Of a stretch of DNA of 63,018 nucleotides, positions 19,329 to 29,635 are shown one piece after another (positions within the stretch are counted from its first letter, which is position 1; each line of letters opens with the position of its first letter). The stretch comes from Syntrophobacterales bacterium (lineage in GTDB: Bacteria; Desulfobacterota; Syntrophia; Syntrophales; UBA2210). A program made the position numbers and the translations under genes. The stretch spans positions 1-63,018 of the forward strand of contig JAHDRK010000015.1 in the NCBI GenBank assembly GCA_018433345.1, written 5' to 3'. Under the pieces are notes generated by a model. The model made no database searches, was not told where the DNA came from, and saw only the letters and a list, made by a program, of their open reading frames with translations.

Positions 19329-20846
19329 ATGAGTATCGTATTCACGGAAGAAGATCGCGAAATTATGGCAAAAAAAGGGGAAACCGAACAGGAGGTGCTC
19401 GATCAGATCGATCTATTTATAAAAGGTCCCACCCCGATCGCTCTTAAAAGGCCCTGTGTATTAGGGGACGGCATTAAACTGCTCGATGACATGTCGACCG
19501 CCGACCTCCTTAAACGGTTCGATGAAGCGCGATCGGCAGGGAGAGTCATGAATTTTATCCCGGCCTCGGGGGCCGCAAGTAGAATGTTTGAAAAGTGGTT
19601 CCGTCTCAACGAATCACCGGACAGCGAAGAAGTAAAAAAATTTCTACGCGGGCTGCCCCGATATCCCTTTTACAATTCACTGATTGAAATGTTGAAAAGT
19701 CGCGGAATTGATCCCTCCGCCACAGATGAACCGAGTGCTGTAAAAGAGATCATCGATTGTATCTTGGGCGAAAATGGATTGAACCTGGGGGCGCTCCCCA
19801 AGGCACTTATTCCCTTTCACCGATACAGCGATGAGGACACGCGAACGCCCATCGAAGAACATCTTATCGAAGCGGCGCTTTATATCGCGGACAAAAACGG
19901 TATCTGTCGTATACATTTCACTGTTTCGCCGGAACACATGGACGCCGTGGAAGGATTCATCGAAAAAGTTCGTCCCGGCTTGGAAAAGCGGCTCGGTGTG
20001 CGATTCAAAATTAAACTCTCGCCCCAGCATTCCCTCACAGATACTCTGGCAGTGGATTTGAAAAACAAGCCGTTCCGTGATGAATCAGGCAACCTGCTCT
20101 TCCGACCGGGGGGTCACGGAGCACTCTTAAAAAATCTCGATGACCTGGGAGGAGACATTGTATTTATCAAAAACATCGATAACATCGCGCCCGACCGCCT
20201 GAAAGGGGACATTGTGTTTTACAAAAAACTTCTGGGGGGATACCTTCTCGACTTGCAGGACAAGATTTTCGAATACCTGCGACTGCTGGAAAAAGGATGT
20301 GATGAAAAGAGCCAAGACGAGATCGAAGCCTTCTGTCGGGAATCTCTCAATTTCCGGCCTCCCCGCTCCCATACGTCGCCGACCGCGGAAGAGCGCGCCG
20401 AACGGCTTTTCAAGGTACTTAACCGCCCCATTCGCGTCTGCGGCATGGTTAGAAATGAGGGAGAACCCGGTGGCGGACCTTTCTGGGTCGACGAAGGAGA
20501 CGGCGGCGAATCTCTTCAGATCGTGGAAGGCAACCAGGTGGACAAAACATCGGAGGATCAGCGGGCAGCCTGGGAATCCTCCACTCACTTCAACCCGGTG
20601 GACCTCGTTTGCGGCCTTCGCGATTACCGGGGAAGGCAATTCAAGCTGAACCGGTACCTCGATCCCGAGACATTCATTATAACGGAGAAATCATTTCGGG
20701 GTAAGCCCATCAAGGCTCTGGAACTTCCCGGTCTATGGAACGGATCCATGGCCCGGTGGAACACGGTTTTCGTCGAGGTGCCTGTCTTCACCTTCACGCC
20801 GGTCAAAACAGTGGAAGATCTGCTGAGAAAAGAGCATACACCGTAA
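19329..20846 (+). CDS. DUF4301-like protein (possible nucleotide-sugar pyrophosphorylase-like fold)
   Basis: About 505 aa. FIPASGAASRMF and RPGGHGALL resemble the glycine-rich loop and PGGHG motif of UDP-sugar pyrophosphorylases. Length and N-terminus (FTEEDREIMAKKG..IDLF) recall DUF4301; this is a family call from memory. Confidence 0.65.
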   Translation: MSIVFTEEDREIMAKKGETEQEVLDQIDLFIKGPTPIALKRPCVLGDGIKLLDDMSTADLLKRFDEARSAGRVMNFIPASGAASRMFEKWFRLNESPDSEEVKKFLRGLPRYPFYNSLIEMLKSRGIDPSATDEPSAVKEIIDCILGENGLNLGALPKALIPFHRYSDEDTRTPIEEHLIEAALYIADKNGICRIHFTVSPEHMDAVEGFIEKVRPGLEKRLGVRFKIKLSPQHSLTDTLAVDLKNKPFRDESGNLLFRPGGHGALLKNLDDLGGDIVFIKNIDNIAPDRLKGDIVFYKKLLGGYLLDLQDKIFEYLRLLEKGCDEKSQDEIEAFCRESLNFRPPRSHTSPTAEERAERLFKVLNRPIRVCGMVRNEGEPGGGPFWVDEGDGGESLQIVEGNQVDKTSEDQRAAWESSTHFNPVDLVCGLRDYRGRQFKLNRYLDPETFIITEKSFRGKPIKALELPGLWNGSMARWNTVFVEVPVFTFTPVKTVEDLLRKEHTP

Positions 20847-20945
20847 ACGCCTTGACCTCCGCAACACAAGAATCCCCGAATCGGGACGACTCCGTGGCCT
20901 CGTTTCCGATGTGAATCGTCGTGACGGGGTTTAAGGAATCGATAT

Positions 20946-21971
20946 TCAACGGTGTCTGTTCTTTTTAGGTCGGGACCGACCTCCTATCATCAGGGATTTA
21001 AGTCGCTCCCTTTCCATGCTCCTCGTAACGATGATCGAGGTGCGTTCCTCCGTCATAAGAGATACCTCCACATCCTCCTCCACCGGTGCGTCACTGTAAG
21101 AAGCGCATACGAGGGACGCCATTTTCAGCGACTCATGGTCGCCTCCTCCGGGCACCAATACCAGGGGACCGGGAATATTTTTTATGTTTACAAGAACGTC
21201 TTCCGGTCGTGCCAGTTCCCTGATAATTTCGTTTTCACGTTTGTTTCTCCCCACAACGATCTTCACATCGGGTGACAATCTCAAATGTCGACCTACCTTG
21301 AGCAATTCGATATCCCTGACCTCCCACCAGCGAGGGGCATCGAAAAGGTCTCGAAGACGTTCCGAAAAACCGGGATCCGTCAAAAGACAGCCTCCGGCCG
21401 GAGTGGAGTAAGAACTTATCATGTACTTTTCAGCCATCGCCATTTGCCGTTTCCGGTTTCGCCCCTGAATATCCAAAAGCCGCTCCCTGTCAACCTTGCC
21501 TTCTTCTTCGGGTATGGTGGCCGGAAGCAGACGTGCGCTGAGGGGACGAAGCACGTATCCATCGTAACCGGAAAGTTTTGAAACGAGACGCAATGACGAT
21601 CCCGTCTGTGACATGGGGCGTTGTCCCAACACCTCACCGGTGAAAAGAAAGTCGTAACCCTCCTCTTCCATGATGATCCCAGCCTGTTTCAGCATAAGTG
21701 CATGGCAATCGATACAAGGATTCATATTCCTGCCGTACCCGTACCGAGGCTCTTTCAACATGGCGAGATGATCGTCGGTTATGTCCATCACGCGCAGGGG
21801 TGCGGAAATCTCCGCCATCGCCTTTTGGGCCCTGTCAGCGCTAAAGAAGGGGGTTTCAAAGGCCAGGCCCGTGACTTTTATCCCCTGTTCCTGCAGAACC
21901 AATAAGGCAAGTATACTGTCCAAGCCTCCCGAAACCAGTCCGAAGGCCCTTATTTTTTTCACCACGCCCAA
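20946..21971 (-). CDS. PP-loop ATPase (adenine nucleotide alpha-hydrolase superfamily), MnmA/ThiI-like tRNA thiolation enzyme
   Basis: PP-loop GLVSGGLDS, Cys motifs NPCIDCH and GGCLLTD. The start is uncertain: TTG at 21971, with GTG codons 2-3 residues downstream. Confidence 0.75.
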   Translation of the reverse strand: MGVVKKIRAFGLVSGGLDSILALLVLQEQGIKVTGLAFETPFFSADRAQKAMAEISAPLRVMDITDDHLAMLKEPRYGYGRNMNPCIDCHALMLKQAGIIMEEEGYDFLFTGEVLGQRPMSQTGSSLRLVSKLSGYDGYVLRPLSARLLPATIPEEEGKVDRERLLDIQGRNRKRQMAMAEKYMISSYSTPAGGCLLTDPGFSERLRDLFDAPRWWEVRDIELLKVGRHLRLSPDVKIVVGRNKRENEIIRELARPEDVLVNIKNIPGPLVLVPGGGDHESLKMASLVCASYSDAPVEEDVEVSLMTEERTSIIVTRSMERERLKSLMIGGRSRPKKNRHR

Positions 21972-22298
21972 TAGCCGATGACTTTCGCCTCTAAAAATCC
22001 ATAGATATCTCTAAGATATCACATCGTAAAAACGTGCCTGGCGGCGATTCACCAGGTCTCTCAGCGCGAGGCCGAAGGAAAAGCCGACCCAAATTCAAGA
22101 GCAAACTACACCAGGCATCGGTCAAAGTCAAAGAAACACAAAAATCAAATTCGACATGAAGGTTCATGTTGCCGGAATAATTTCTCTGTGATAGGTCAAT
22201 GAAACGCCATGGTGAACTACCGAAACCCCTATCGAAAAAATAGACACTCGGTGAGATCACGAGCAAACCAAAAATACACCATTGAAGGAGGACAATCC

Positions 22299-23156
22299 AT
22301 GGAGATCAAAAAAATCTGTGTACTCGGAGCGGGACAGATGGGAAGCGGCATAGCCCAGATATGCGCAGAAGCCGGTTACGAGGTAACAATGCGCGACGTC
22401 GAACAACGCTTTATCGACAACGGCATGAACAACATCAAAAAAAATCTGGCACGGGCCCTGGAAAAAGGCAAAATAACGAAGGAAACAATGGAGGCCACGC
22501 TTGCACGGATAAAACCTGTCCTGGACATGAAAGAGGCCGCCGCCGATGCGGACGTGGTTGTGGAGGCGGTCCTCGAAGTAATGGAACTCAAGAAACAAAT
22601 ATTCAAAGAGCTGGAAAACATAGTGCTCGATCACTGTCTTTTCTTCACAAACACGTCGGGCCTTAGCATCACTGAAATGGCGGCCGCGACGAATCGTCCC
22701 GACCGCTTCATAGGCACCCATTTTTTCAGCCCTGTTCCAGTTATGAAACTTCTCGAAATCATCAAAGGTTACGAAACCTCCGATGAAACTCTCGAGATCG
22801 CGAAGACATGGGGCGAAAAAATAGGCAAGGAAATAATCATCGTCAACGAAGCTCCGGCATTTGCCGTGAACCGCCTGCTGTGCGTCATGCTTAACGAAGC
22901 GTTCTACGCCCTGGCCGAAGGCGTAGCCGGAGCCGAAGACATCGACAAGGGCATGAGACTGGGATGCAATCATCCCATCGGTCCCCTTGCCCTCTCCGAT
23001 GCGGTAGGCCTCGACACGCTCCTGAACATAATGGAAGGTCTCCAACGGGAACTGGGAGACAAGTATCGGCCGGCTCCTCTCTTGAGAAAGCTTGTACGCG
23101 CAGGCCGCTACGGGAAGAAAACGGGGCGGGGCGTATACGACTACGAAAAAAAGTAA
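22299..23156 (+). CDS. hbd: 3-hydroxybutyryl-CoA (3-hydroxyacyl-CoA) dehydrogenase
   Basis: ATG at 22299 with GAAGGAGG upstream. NAD fold [15 protein letters not shown] and a C-terminal domain ([18 protein letters not shown]). Confidence 0.92.
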   Translation: MEIKKICVLGAGQMGSGIAQICAEAGYEVTMRDVEQRFIDNGMNNIKKNLARALEKGKITKETMEATLARIKPVLDMKEAAADADVVVEAVLEVMELKKQIFKELENIVLDHCLFFTNTSGLSITEMAAATNRPDRFIGTHFFSPVPVMKLLEIIKGYETSDETLEIAKTWGEKIGKEIIIVNEAPAFAVNRLLCVMLNEAFYALAEGVAGAEDIDKGMRLGCNHPIGPLALSDAVGLDTLLNIMEGLQRELGDKYRPAPLLRKLVRAGRYGKKTGRGVYDYEKK

Positions 23157-23421
23157 GGTCTTACAAGCAGAGGCGGTAAAAAGCGGGGGGCGGGAAGGCA
23201 CCCTCCCCCCATCCTTTCCCCGGCCTAACGGCATTGTCTTTCTCATCCGCAAAGAGGCAAAAATGCCGAAAGGGTGACCGTTCCATAAACGGGGGCACTG
23301 GAAGAATCAGCATAAATAAACGAAAACCCGACTTACACCAATAACAGTTCGGATATTCCACCGGAATCCGCTGTTGCCGAACAAAGGCAGCCGATTCGAA
23401 ACCGAACTGGGAGGGAGCATC

Positions 23422-24561
23422 ATGGATTTCACATTACCCGAAGAAATGAAGATGTTGCAGGACATGGCGTATAAATTCGCTCGAGCCGAAATTGAGCCTC
23501 ATTCCCACCGATGCGACGAAGACGAATCCTATACCCCGGAGATCCGGAAAAAGGCGGCTGAAAACGGGCTTATCGGAGCATGGGTACCGGAAGAATACGG
23601 CGGCGCGGGCGTGGGTTTCCTGGGCAATACCCTGATCGTGGAACAGATATCCAGGGTGGACATCGGAATAGGGCTCAACGTTTATGCCTCCGGCTTCGGC
23701 CTGGAATCGCTTTACATGTTCGGCACCGAGGATCAGAAACAAACATATCTGCCCGCTTTTTGCAGGGGGGAAACCGTTTGGGCCGGGGCCTACACAGAAC
23801 CCAACGCAGGTACTGACGTCGCCGGTTACCGAACGCGGGCCGTCAAAGACGGCAACGATTACGTTATAAACGGACAAAAAATGTTCATCACGAACGGCAC
23901 CGTGTGCGACTACTTCCTTTGCCAGTGCATCACCCATCCCGACGAAAAAAGGTATAGAAAGTTCAGTCAATTTATAGTTCCCGCCGATTCACCCGGCATC
24001 ACGCGAACAAAAATAAGAGGCAAAATGGGCATACGGGCAAGTGATACGGCCGACGTGGCTTTCGAAGAGGTACGTGTACCGGCCGATAACTTGGTGGGCG
24101 AAGAAACCAAAGGATTTTACCAGCTCATGACATTTTTCGATATTACCAGGATAATGGTGTCGGCCCAGGCGCTCGGGCTTTCCCAGGCCTGCCTCGACGA
24201 GTCAATCAAGTACGCGGGGGAACGAAGCGCCTTCGGTCAGCCCATCGGCAACTTCCAGCTGACCATGCAAAAATTGACGGAAATGGCGATTCATGTTGAA
24301 ACGCTCAGGAACCTCGTGTATAAGGCCGCATGGTCCGCAGACAGTGAAAAACCCGACTACATGTTGGGGGCAATGGCAAAATACCACGGGGGACGTACTG
24401 CAGTATTCTGTGCCAATGCCGCAGTAGAAATCCATGGTGGTTACGGATACATAGACGAATACAAGGTCCAGAAGCTATACCGGGATGCAAAGATCCTTGA
24501 AATCTATGAAGGGACAAAGGAAGCTGAAATCCTTGCCATCGGACGGCACTTGCAGACCTGA
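23422..24561 (+). CDS. Acyl-CoA dehydrogenase
   Basis: ATG at 23422 with GGGAGGGAG upstream. Motifs AYTEPNAGTDVAG, FITNG, GGYGYIDEY and ILEIYEGTKEAE. Confidence 0.93.
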   Translation: MDFTLPEEMKMLQDMAYKFARAEIEPHSHRCDEDESYTPEIRKKAAENGLIGAWVPEEYGGAGVGFLGNTLIVEQISRVDIGIGLNVYASGFGLESLYMFGTEDQKQTYLPAFCRGETVWAGAYTEPNAGTDVAGYRTRAVKDGNDYVINGQKMFITNGTVCDYFLCQCITHPDEKRYRKFSQFIVPADSPGITRTKIRGKMGIRASDTADVAFEEVRVPADNLVGEETKGFYQLMTFFDITRIMVSAQALGLSQACLDESIKYAGERSAFGQPIGNFQLTMQKLTEMAIHVETLRNLVYKAAWSADSEKPDYMLGAMAKYHGGRTAVFCANAAVEIHGGYGYIDEYKVQKLYRDAKILEIYEGTKEAEILAIGRHLQT

Positions 24562-24659
24562 GATCTGATCGTAATAACCGAAGAGCGATTTTGAATCAGG
24601 CGGCGAAACAGTCTCGACGACAATGGCGGAAACATTTGCTGGAAGGAGAAAGGAACGTT

Positions 24660-24947
24660 ATGGCCCTCACAAAAGCGGAAATTATAAAGAATCTCCATGC
24701 CGACTCGAACTTTCCCAGGGAAAGATGCGCCGAATTAGTGGAAAGCGTCTTCGAACTGATGAAAGACGAATTGGCCGAAGGATCCCCTGTGTTGATTTCA
24801 GGATTCGGCAAGTGGTCTGTGAAGAAAAAAAGCCCTCGTCGAGGCAGGGACCCCCAAACGGGCGAAGAGCTTATCCTTGACGCCCGACGCGTGGTGACTT
24901 TCAAGTGTGCCCGAAAGCTCAAAGAAAACCTTAACAGTCATTCATAG
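24660..24947 (+). CDS. ihfA: Integration host factor subunit alpha
   Basis: MALTKAEII.., LISGFGKW.., GRDPQTGEE..ARRVVTFK; 95 aa, with GGAAGGAG upstream. Confidence 0.9.
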   Translation: MALTKAEIIKNLHADSNFPRERCAELVESVFELMKDELAEGSPVLISGFGKWSVKKKSPRRGRDPQTGEELILDARRVVTFKCARKLKENLNSHS

Positions 24948-25048
24948 ATAATAAAGGCGGCCTTCGATAAGGGCATACCGATCGCCGTCCCGGTGCATGG
25001 CAAATCTTCCCGGCACGCGGCGTGGCGCAGCCCGAAGGTGTCTCGGGG

Positions 25049-25669
25049 TCACCATGTCAGTTCCACCTGTGCCACGACGCCTGTTACAACCAGTTTAACG
25101 GGTAACTTCGTAGGCTCGCCTCCCAGGGCGGCTCCATCAAATTTCAGCAGGTAAATCTTGCCATAGTAAGGGTTGGCGTAGGGATAAAACTCCGTGATCA
25201 TGGGACCGACGTCTCTCAATTCCCGTATTTCCAAGGGCTGGTAACGATCACCCTTTGCGTCGACAAGTATCACATTCCAGGCCGAATCGGGCTTGTCCAG
25301 GTCGATAGCCTCCCTGTCCGGCACATACACATAAAGCAGAAATTCGGCCATATCTTTTGCAGACTCCAGGGCGGGATGAGTTTTCCCTTTCTCATCTGAT
25401 TCAACAAGATAAACCCGTCTGTACTCCGCGAGCCATGCCTCCATAAATTCGGGGCTCTTGAAGGTCGCCACAATCTTCGCACGGGTGGAAAACTCGGAAT
25501 AGACCGTCCGTTCCCTCGTCCATCCATCCAGGGCTTCCCTGTATTCAATCGAAAGAGTGCGGGGACGTGCCATCTCCACGTAATCATGCAACTGGGCGCA
25601 TCCCCCTGCCAGACCAATAAATGCAATACATCCGATGAATCGTTTAAAAAAATCAATTCTCAGTCTCAT
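25049..25669 (-). CDS. Hypothetical lipoprotein
   Basis: MRLRIDFFKRFIGCIAFIGLAGGC carries a lipobox (LAGGC). GGAGGAGG lies upstream of the ATG at 25669. It overlaps the purB 3' end by 17 nt. Confidence 0.65.
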   Translation of the reverse strand: MRLRIDFFKRFIGCIAFIGLAGGCAQLHDYVEMARPRTLSIEYREALDGWTRERTVYSEFSTRAKIVATFKSPEFMEAWLAEYRRVYLVESDEKGKTHPALESAKDMAEFLLYVYVPDREAIDLDKPDSAWNVILVDAKGDRYQPLEIRELRDVGPMITEFYPYANPYYGKIYLLKFDGAALGGEPTKLPVKLVVTGVVAQVELTW

Positions 25670-26975
25670 CGCCTCCTCCGAAGATCCGCTCAAATACGAA
25701 GTCCTTATACCTCAAAAAGTTCTCCACGCAAAACAAATCGTCCAGCTCCTTGTCTGAAAGGCTGCTTCTCACATCATCGTCTTCCCGAAGCAACTCTTTG
25801 AAATCCCTTTTTTCCTCCCAACATTGCATGGCCCTTCGCTGCACGACCTCGTACGCCTTTTCCCTAATCATCCCCTTCTCCACCAGTTTCAGTAAAACCA
25901 TCTGCGAAAAGACAAGACCTCGGGTCAGACGGAGATTTTTCATCATTCTTTCGGGATACACAAGAAGCCTCTCCATCATGTCCGTGAACCGTGACAGCAT
26001 AAAATCCAGAAGAATTGTGGCATCCGGACCGATTACACGCTCAACGGAGGAGTGGCTGATGTCCCGTTCATGCCATAAAGAAACATTCTCCATCGCTGCA
26101 AGGGAATAAGAACGCATGAGCCTTGCCAGTCCTGTCAGATTTTCCGAAAGTATAGGGTTGCGCTTGTGCGGCATTGCTGATGATCCCTTCTGACCGGGAG
26201 AAAAATATTCCTCTGCCTCCCTTACTTCCGTTCTCTGCAAGTGTCTTATTTCAGTGGCGAATTTTTCGATCGACGAAGCACATATTGCAAGCGCCGCAAA
26301 GTACTCGGCGTGGCGGTCTCTTTGGATTATTTGGTTTGATATGAGAACCGGTTTCAATCCCAGTTTTTTGCAGACATGGGCCTCTACCTCGGGATTGACG
26401 AAAGCATAGGTTCCAACTGCACCGGAAATTTTTCCGTAGCTTATGGTTTCGCGGGCCCTCACCAAGCGTTCACGGTTAAGCTTCATTTCCTGAAACCAGA
26501 GCGCCATCTTAAGCCCGAAGGTTATAGGCTCCGCATGCACCCCATGAGACCGTCCTATCATGATTGTGTCCTTGTGTTCAAGGGCCCGCCTCCTCAACAC
26601 AACGAGCAAGCCATCCACTCCTTCTATAATGTGGTCGGCCGCGTCACGGAGCAACATTGCCAGCGACGTGTCGAGCACATCGGACGATGTCAGTCCCATG
26701 TGGATGAACCTGGAATCTTCGCCCACGTGTTCCGCGACGGATGTGAGAAAGGCTATGATATCGTGCTTTACGGTTGCTTCTATTTCTTCGATTCGCCCCA
26801 CATCGAAATCCGCTTTCTCGCGGATATGTGAAAGTGATTCCGGAGGAATTTTCCCTTGCCGTTCCAGCGCCTCGCAGGCGGCAAGTTCAACTTCAAGCCA
26901 TTTCCTGTATCGATTTTCCGGACTCCACAGGTCCACCATTTCCGACCGGGCATATCTCGGGATCAAATGTCTCAC
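25653..26975 (-). CDS. purB: Adenylosuccinate lyase
   Basis: 440 aa with the fumarate-lyase signature SSAMPHKRNP. GTG start. Confidence 0.95.
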   Translation of the reverse strand: MRHLIPRYARSEMVDLWSPENRYRKWLEVELAACEALERQGKIPPESLSHIREKADFDVGRIEEIEATVKHDIIAFLTSVAEHVGEDSRFIHMGLTSSDVLDTSLAMLLRDAADHIIEGVDGLLVVLRRRALEHKDTIMIGRSHGVHAEPITFGLKMALWFQEMKLNRERLVRARETISYGKISGAVGTYAFVNPEVEAHVCKKLGLKPVLISNQIIQRDRHAEYFAALAICASSIEKFATEIRHLQRTEVREAEEYFSPGQKGSSAMPHKRNPILSENLTGLARLMRSYSLAAMENVSLWHERDISHSSVERVIGPDATILLDFMLSRFTDMMERLLVYPERMMKNLRLTRGLVFSQMVLLKLVEKGMIREKAYEVVQRRAMQCWEEKRDFKELLREDDDVRSSLSDKELDDLFCVENFLRYKDFVFERIFGGGDETEN

Positions 26976-27279
26976 CCCCTGTCCTGCCGTCGATTTACCT
27001 CCGACAGTTCGTGTATAAGATGCATGTCTACCCCAACAATGGGAAACAGAATCAAAGCAAGCAAAAAATACGTATTAGTTAATATTATGCTTCGTTCCCA
27101 GTCAAGTTATTTCAGGAGATGGTGTGAGGGTGAATGCAATACTGCCGATCTTCACAAACCATGGAATCGATCTCTTTCAATTGGTGTTGCAAAGACGGTT
27201 CATCTGATATACAGTTCGTATCCGATCGACACACAAGTCGCACCCGATATTTTTAGTCGGAATCGCGGGAGGGCAGCCG

Positions 27280-27495
27280 GTGGAAGGACCGGACAGGGCC
27301 ATTGTCAAGGAATTACAGGCCAGAATAGACAAAAAAATGAAGGAACTTGAAATCGAAACCATCAGGTATTGGAAAGGACTGCTTGACAGGGTCGTTTCAA
27401 AGAAGCCGGAGGGGATCGCCTCACTTCAGCTGGAAATCAAAAAGATTTCTTCCATGATGGAAAACAGGATCAGTATTCTAAAGAAAGAACGATGA
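27280..27495 (+). CDS. Small coiled-coil hypothetical protein (71 aa)
   Basis: GTG start preceded by gcgggaggg. Heptad-like KELQARIDKKMKELEIE..LQLEIKKISSMMENRISILKK. ATGA stop/start overlap with the HD-domain gene. Confidence 0.45.
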   Translation: MEGPDRAIVKELQARIDKKMKELEIETIRYWKGLLDRVVSKKPEGIASLQLEIKKISSMMENRISILKKER

Positions 27496-28064
27496 AGAAT
27501 CTCGCCAATTTTCTCTTTGAAGTCGGAATGCTTAAAAAAACCCCCCGCACGGGATTCCAGTTTCTGGGTTCAGGGTGCGAGTCGGTGGCGGAACATATCC
27601 TGAGAACGATATTCATAGGTTATACGCTGGCCAAGCTCGATCCCGACGCCGATGAACTCAAGATACTGCGTCTATGCCTTGTACATGACCTGCCGGAGGC
27701 AAGAACGGGCGACATGAACTACGTAAACAAAAAGTATGTTTCCGTGAACGAAGAAAAAGCGGCTCGTGATTTGGCGGAAACTCTATTTTTTGGAAACGAG
27801 ATAACAGAAGCGCTGACTGAATATAACGAAAAAAAAACGAGGGAGTCCTTGATCGCCCATGACGCCGACCAACTCGCACTTATTTTGCAATTGAAAGAAT
27901 ACGGCGACCTGGGAAACAAGTATACCGAGGACTGGATCGGCTTTGCCGTGAAGAGATTGCACACCGAATCAGGGAAAAAAATGGCGGAAACAATCCTTGA
28001 AACAGACTCATCGGAATGGTGGTTCAAGGATAAAGATGACTGGTGGGTCAACGCAGAGCGGTGA
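27492..28064 (+). CDS. HD-domain phosphohydrolase (YfbR-like 5'-nucleotidase family)
   Basis: VAEHILRT (His), LVHDLPEARTGD (HD) and AHDADQL. Confidence 0.85.
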   Translation: MKNLANFLFEVGMLKKTPRTGFQFLGSGCESVAEHILRTIFIGYTLAKLDPDADELKILRLCLVHDLPEARTGDMNYVNKKYVSVNEEKAARDLAETLFFGNEITEALTEYNEKKTRESLIAHDADQLALILQLKEYGDLGNKYTEDWIGFAVKRLHTESGKKMAETILETDSSEWWFKDKDDWWVNAER

Positions 28065-28081
28065 TCACAAGCGGGTACTCC

Positions 28082-28861
28082 ATGATACACCGAATTAGCA
28101 ATAGATACTTTTTTCTAATCTCATTGATGGTGCTGATCATTTTCAGCGAGTCAGGCTGTGCCACCAATCAACGTTCCCGTCAAGTAGCCGATGTGCACCT
28201 GAAAAGCGCCATAGTCAACATAGAGCTGGGACAATTCACCGCCGCCTTGCGCGAACTGTTTGAGGCAAAAAAGTTAAATCCCAATGACCCGGAAATTCAT
28301 TTTTATCTTGGCGTCGCTTATTGGGGACGGGGGCTGAAGAATGAATCCTTCGAAGCTTTCTCCCAAGCGGTGGAACTCAGGCCTGACTACTCGGAAGCCT
28401 ATAACTACATGGGCCTGATATGCTTCGAAGCGGGGCGTTACGATGAAGCCATCGCCTATTTCAAAAGAGCCCTGAACAACGTACTCTACGATACGCCCGA
28501 ATTCGCTCTTTTCAACATGGGAAGAGCGTACCGACAAAAGGGTGAGGACTTGCAGGCCCTTGAAAGTTTTGAAAAAGCCCTGCAGATTCGTCCGAATCGT
28601 ATTCTACCGCTGATTCACAACAACATGGGAACCCTGCTTTTATCTCTAGGTCGAACCGATGAAGCGATATTACATTTACGTGAGGCCACGAAGTACGCCC
28701 CTCACGTGGCCGATTTTCATTATTCCCTGGGAGCTGCATTGCTCAAAGAGGGTCGAAGTACCGAGGCGATCGATGAATTCAGGAAGGTGATCGAGCTTGC
28801 TCCTGAATCGGGTTTTGCCGAGCGCGCACGCGAGATGCTGGCCACCCTCCCGGAACAGTAA
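28082..28861 (+). CDS. TPR-repeat lipoprotein (PilF/PilW-like)
   Basis: Signal/lipobox LIIFSESGC followed by about six TPR units (e.g. AYNYMGLICFEAGRYDEAIAYFKRAL). Confidence 0.75.
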   Translation: MIHRISNRYFFLISLMVLIIFSESGCATNQRSRQVADVHLKSAIVNIELGQFTAALRELFEAKKLNPNDPEIHFYLGVAYWGRGLKNESFEAFSQAVELRPDYSEAYNYMGLICFEAGRYDEAIAYFKRALNNVLYDTPEFALFNMGRAYRQKGEDLQALESFEKALQIRPNRILPLIHNNMGTLLLSLGRTDEAILHLREATKYAPHVADFHYSLGAALLKEGRSTEAIDEFRKVIELAPESGFAERAREMLATLPEQ

Positions 28862-28964
28862 CATTCGCTTTTCGGGTACCCCCGAACTATAGATTGCAGA
28901 TTGGAAGACAACGAGATTCTCCTCGGTTCTGATAACTGTATTGGCAAGACGGAGTAATTCAATT

Positions 28965-29585
28965 ATGTCTACAAAAAAAGAACGGAAGGCCCGTCAAATT
29001 AGGGCCAGGAAAAAGAAACAGCAGAGAAGAATCGGTATTGTCGGAGTAATTTCCGCCGTATGTATCGGATTCCTGATTTTCTTTTTCATTACCCTTTTCG
29101 ATTCACTTTTTCCCCCTACGAATAATAGGACAACCCGGATCGAAACGGAGCAAAAGGTCAAGATGACGCTCTTTTTCGCCGATACCAACGAGCGTTTTCT
29201 GGTTCCCGAGTTACGTTACATAGCACAAAAGACGGACACGGCATCCCAGGCGGAAGAATTGATCCGTGCCCTGATAGGCGGCCCGTCCATGGGCTCGGTA
29301 AGAACCATTCCTGCGGAAGCGAAATTGCTGGGGATTTCGATCAAGGACAAGACGACGGCCGTTGTCAATTTCGATAGAAATTTAATCGATTTCCACCCTG
29401 GCGGCAGTGCCAGCGAAATGATGACGATCTACTCCATAACCAACACGATCATCAAAAACATCCCCTCAATAAAGGGAGTGACAATCTGGGTGGAAGGAAA
29501 AAATCCCAAGACACTGAAAGGTCACATCGACACAGAGTCGCCTTTTACCTTGAACGAAGAACTCATTATCAGAGAAGGAAGCTGA
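28965..29585 (+). CDS. GerMN-domain membrane-anchored protein
   Basis: Basic N-terminus with one TM helix, then a GerMN-like segment ([57 protein letters not shown]). Confidence 0.72.
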   Translation: MSTKKERKARQIRARKKKQQRRIGIVGVISAVCIGFLIFFFITLFDSLFPPTNNRTTRIETEQKVKMTLFFADTNERFLVPELRYIAQKTDTASQAEELIRALIGGPSMGSVRTIPAEAKLLGISIKDKTTAVVNFDRNLIDFHPGGSASEMMTIYSITNTIIKNIPSIKGVTIWVEGKNPKTLKGHIDTESPFTLNEELIIREGS

Positions 29586-29635
29586 ACAAAGCAACCGAAA
29601 CAGTTTATATCCCCCATCAGGAAAGGTATAGGCAA

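Noticed and set aside
19058-19345. 95-aa ORF in the pilT/DUF4301 intergenic region. Two similar cases are the 91-aa ORF at 21991-22266 and the 121-aa ORF at 15320-15685.
   Set aside because: They sit in divergent promoter regions or overlap the starts of well-supported genes. They have no SD, no recognisable motifs and atypical composition.
22003-22020. Direct repeat of the palindrome GATATC (AGATATCTCTAAGATATC) upstream of hbd, considered as a possible operator.
   Set aside because: It is too short to distinguish from chance, and there is no adjacent regulator gene to support an operator assignment.
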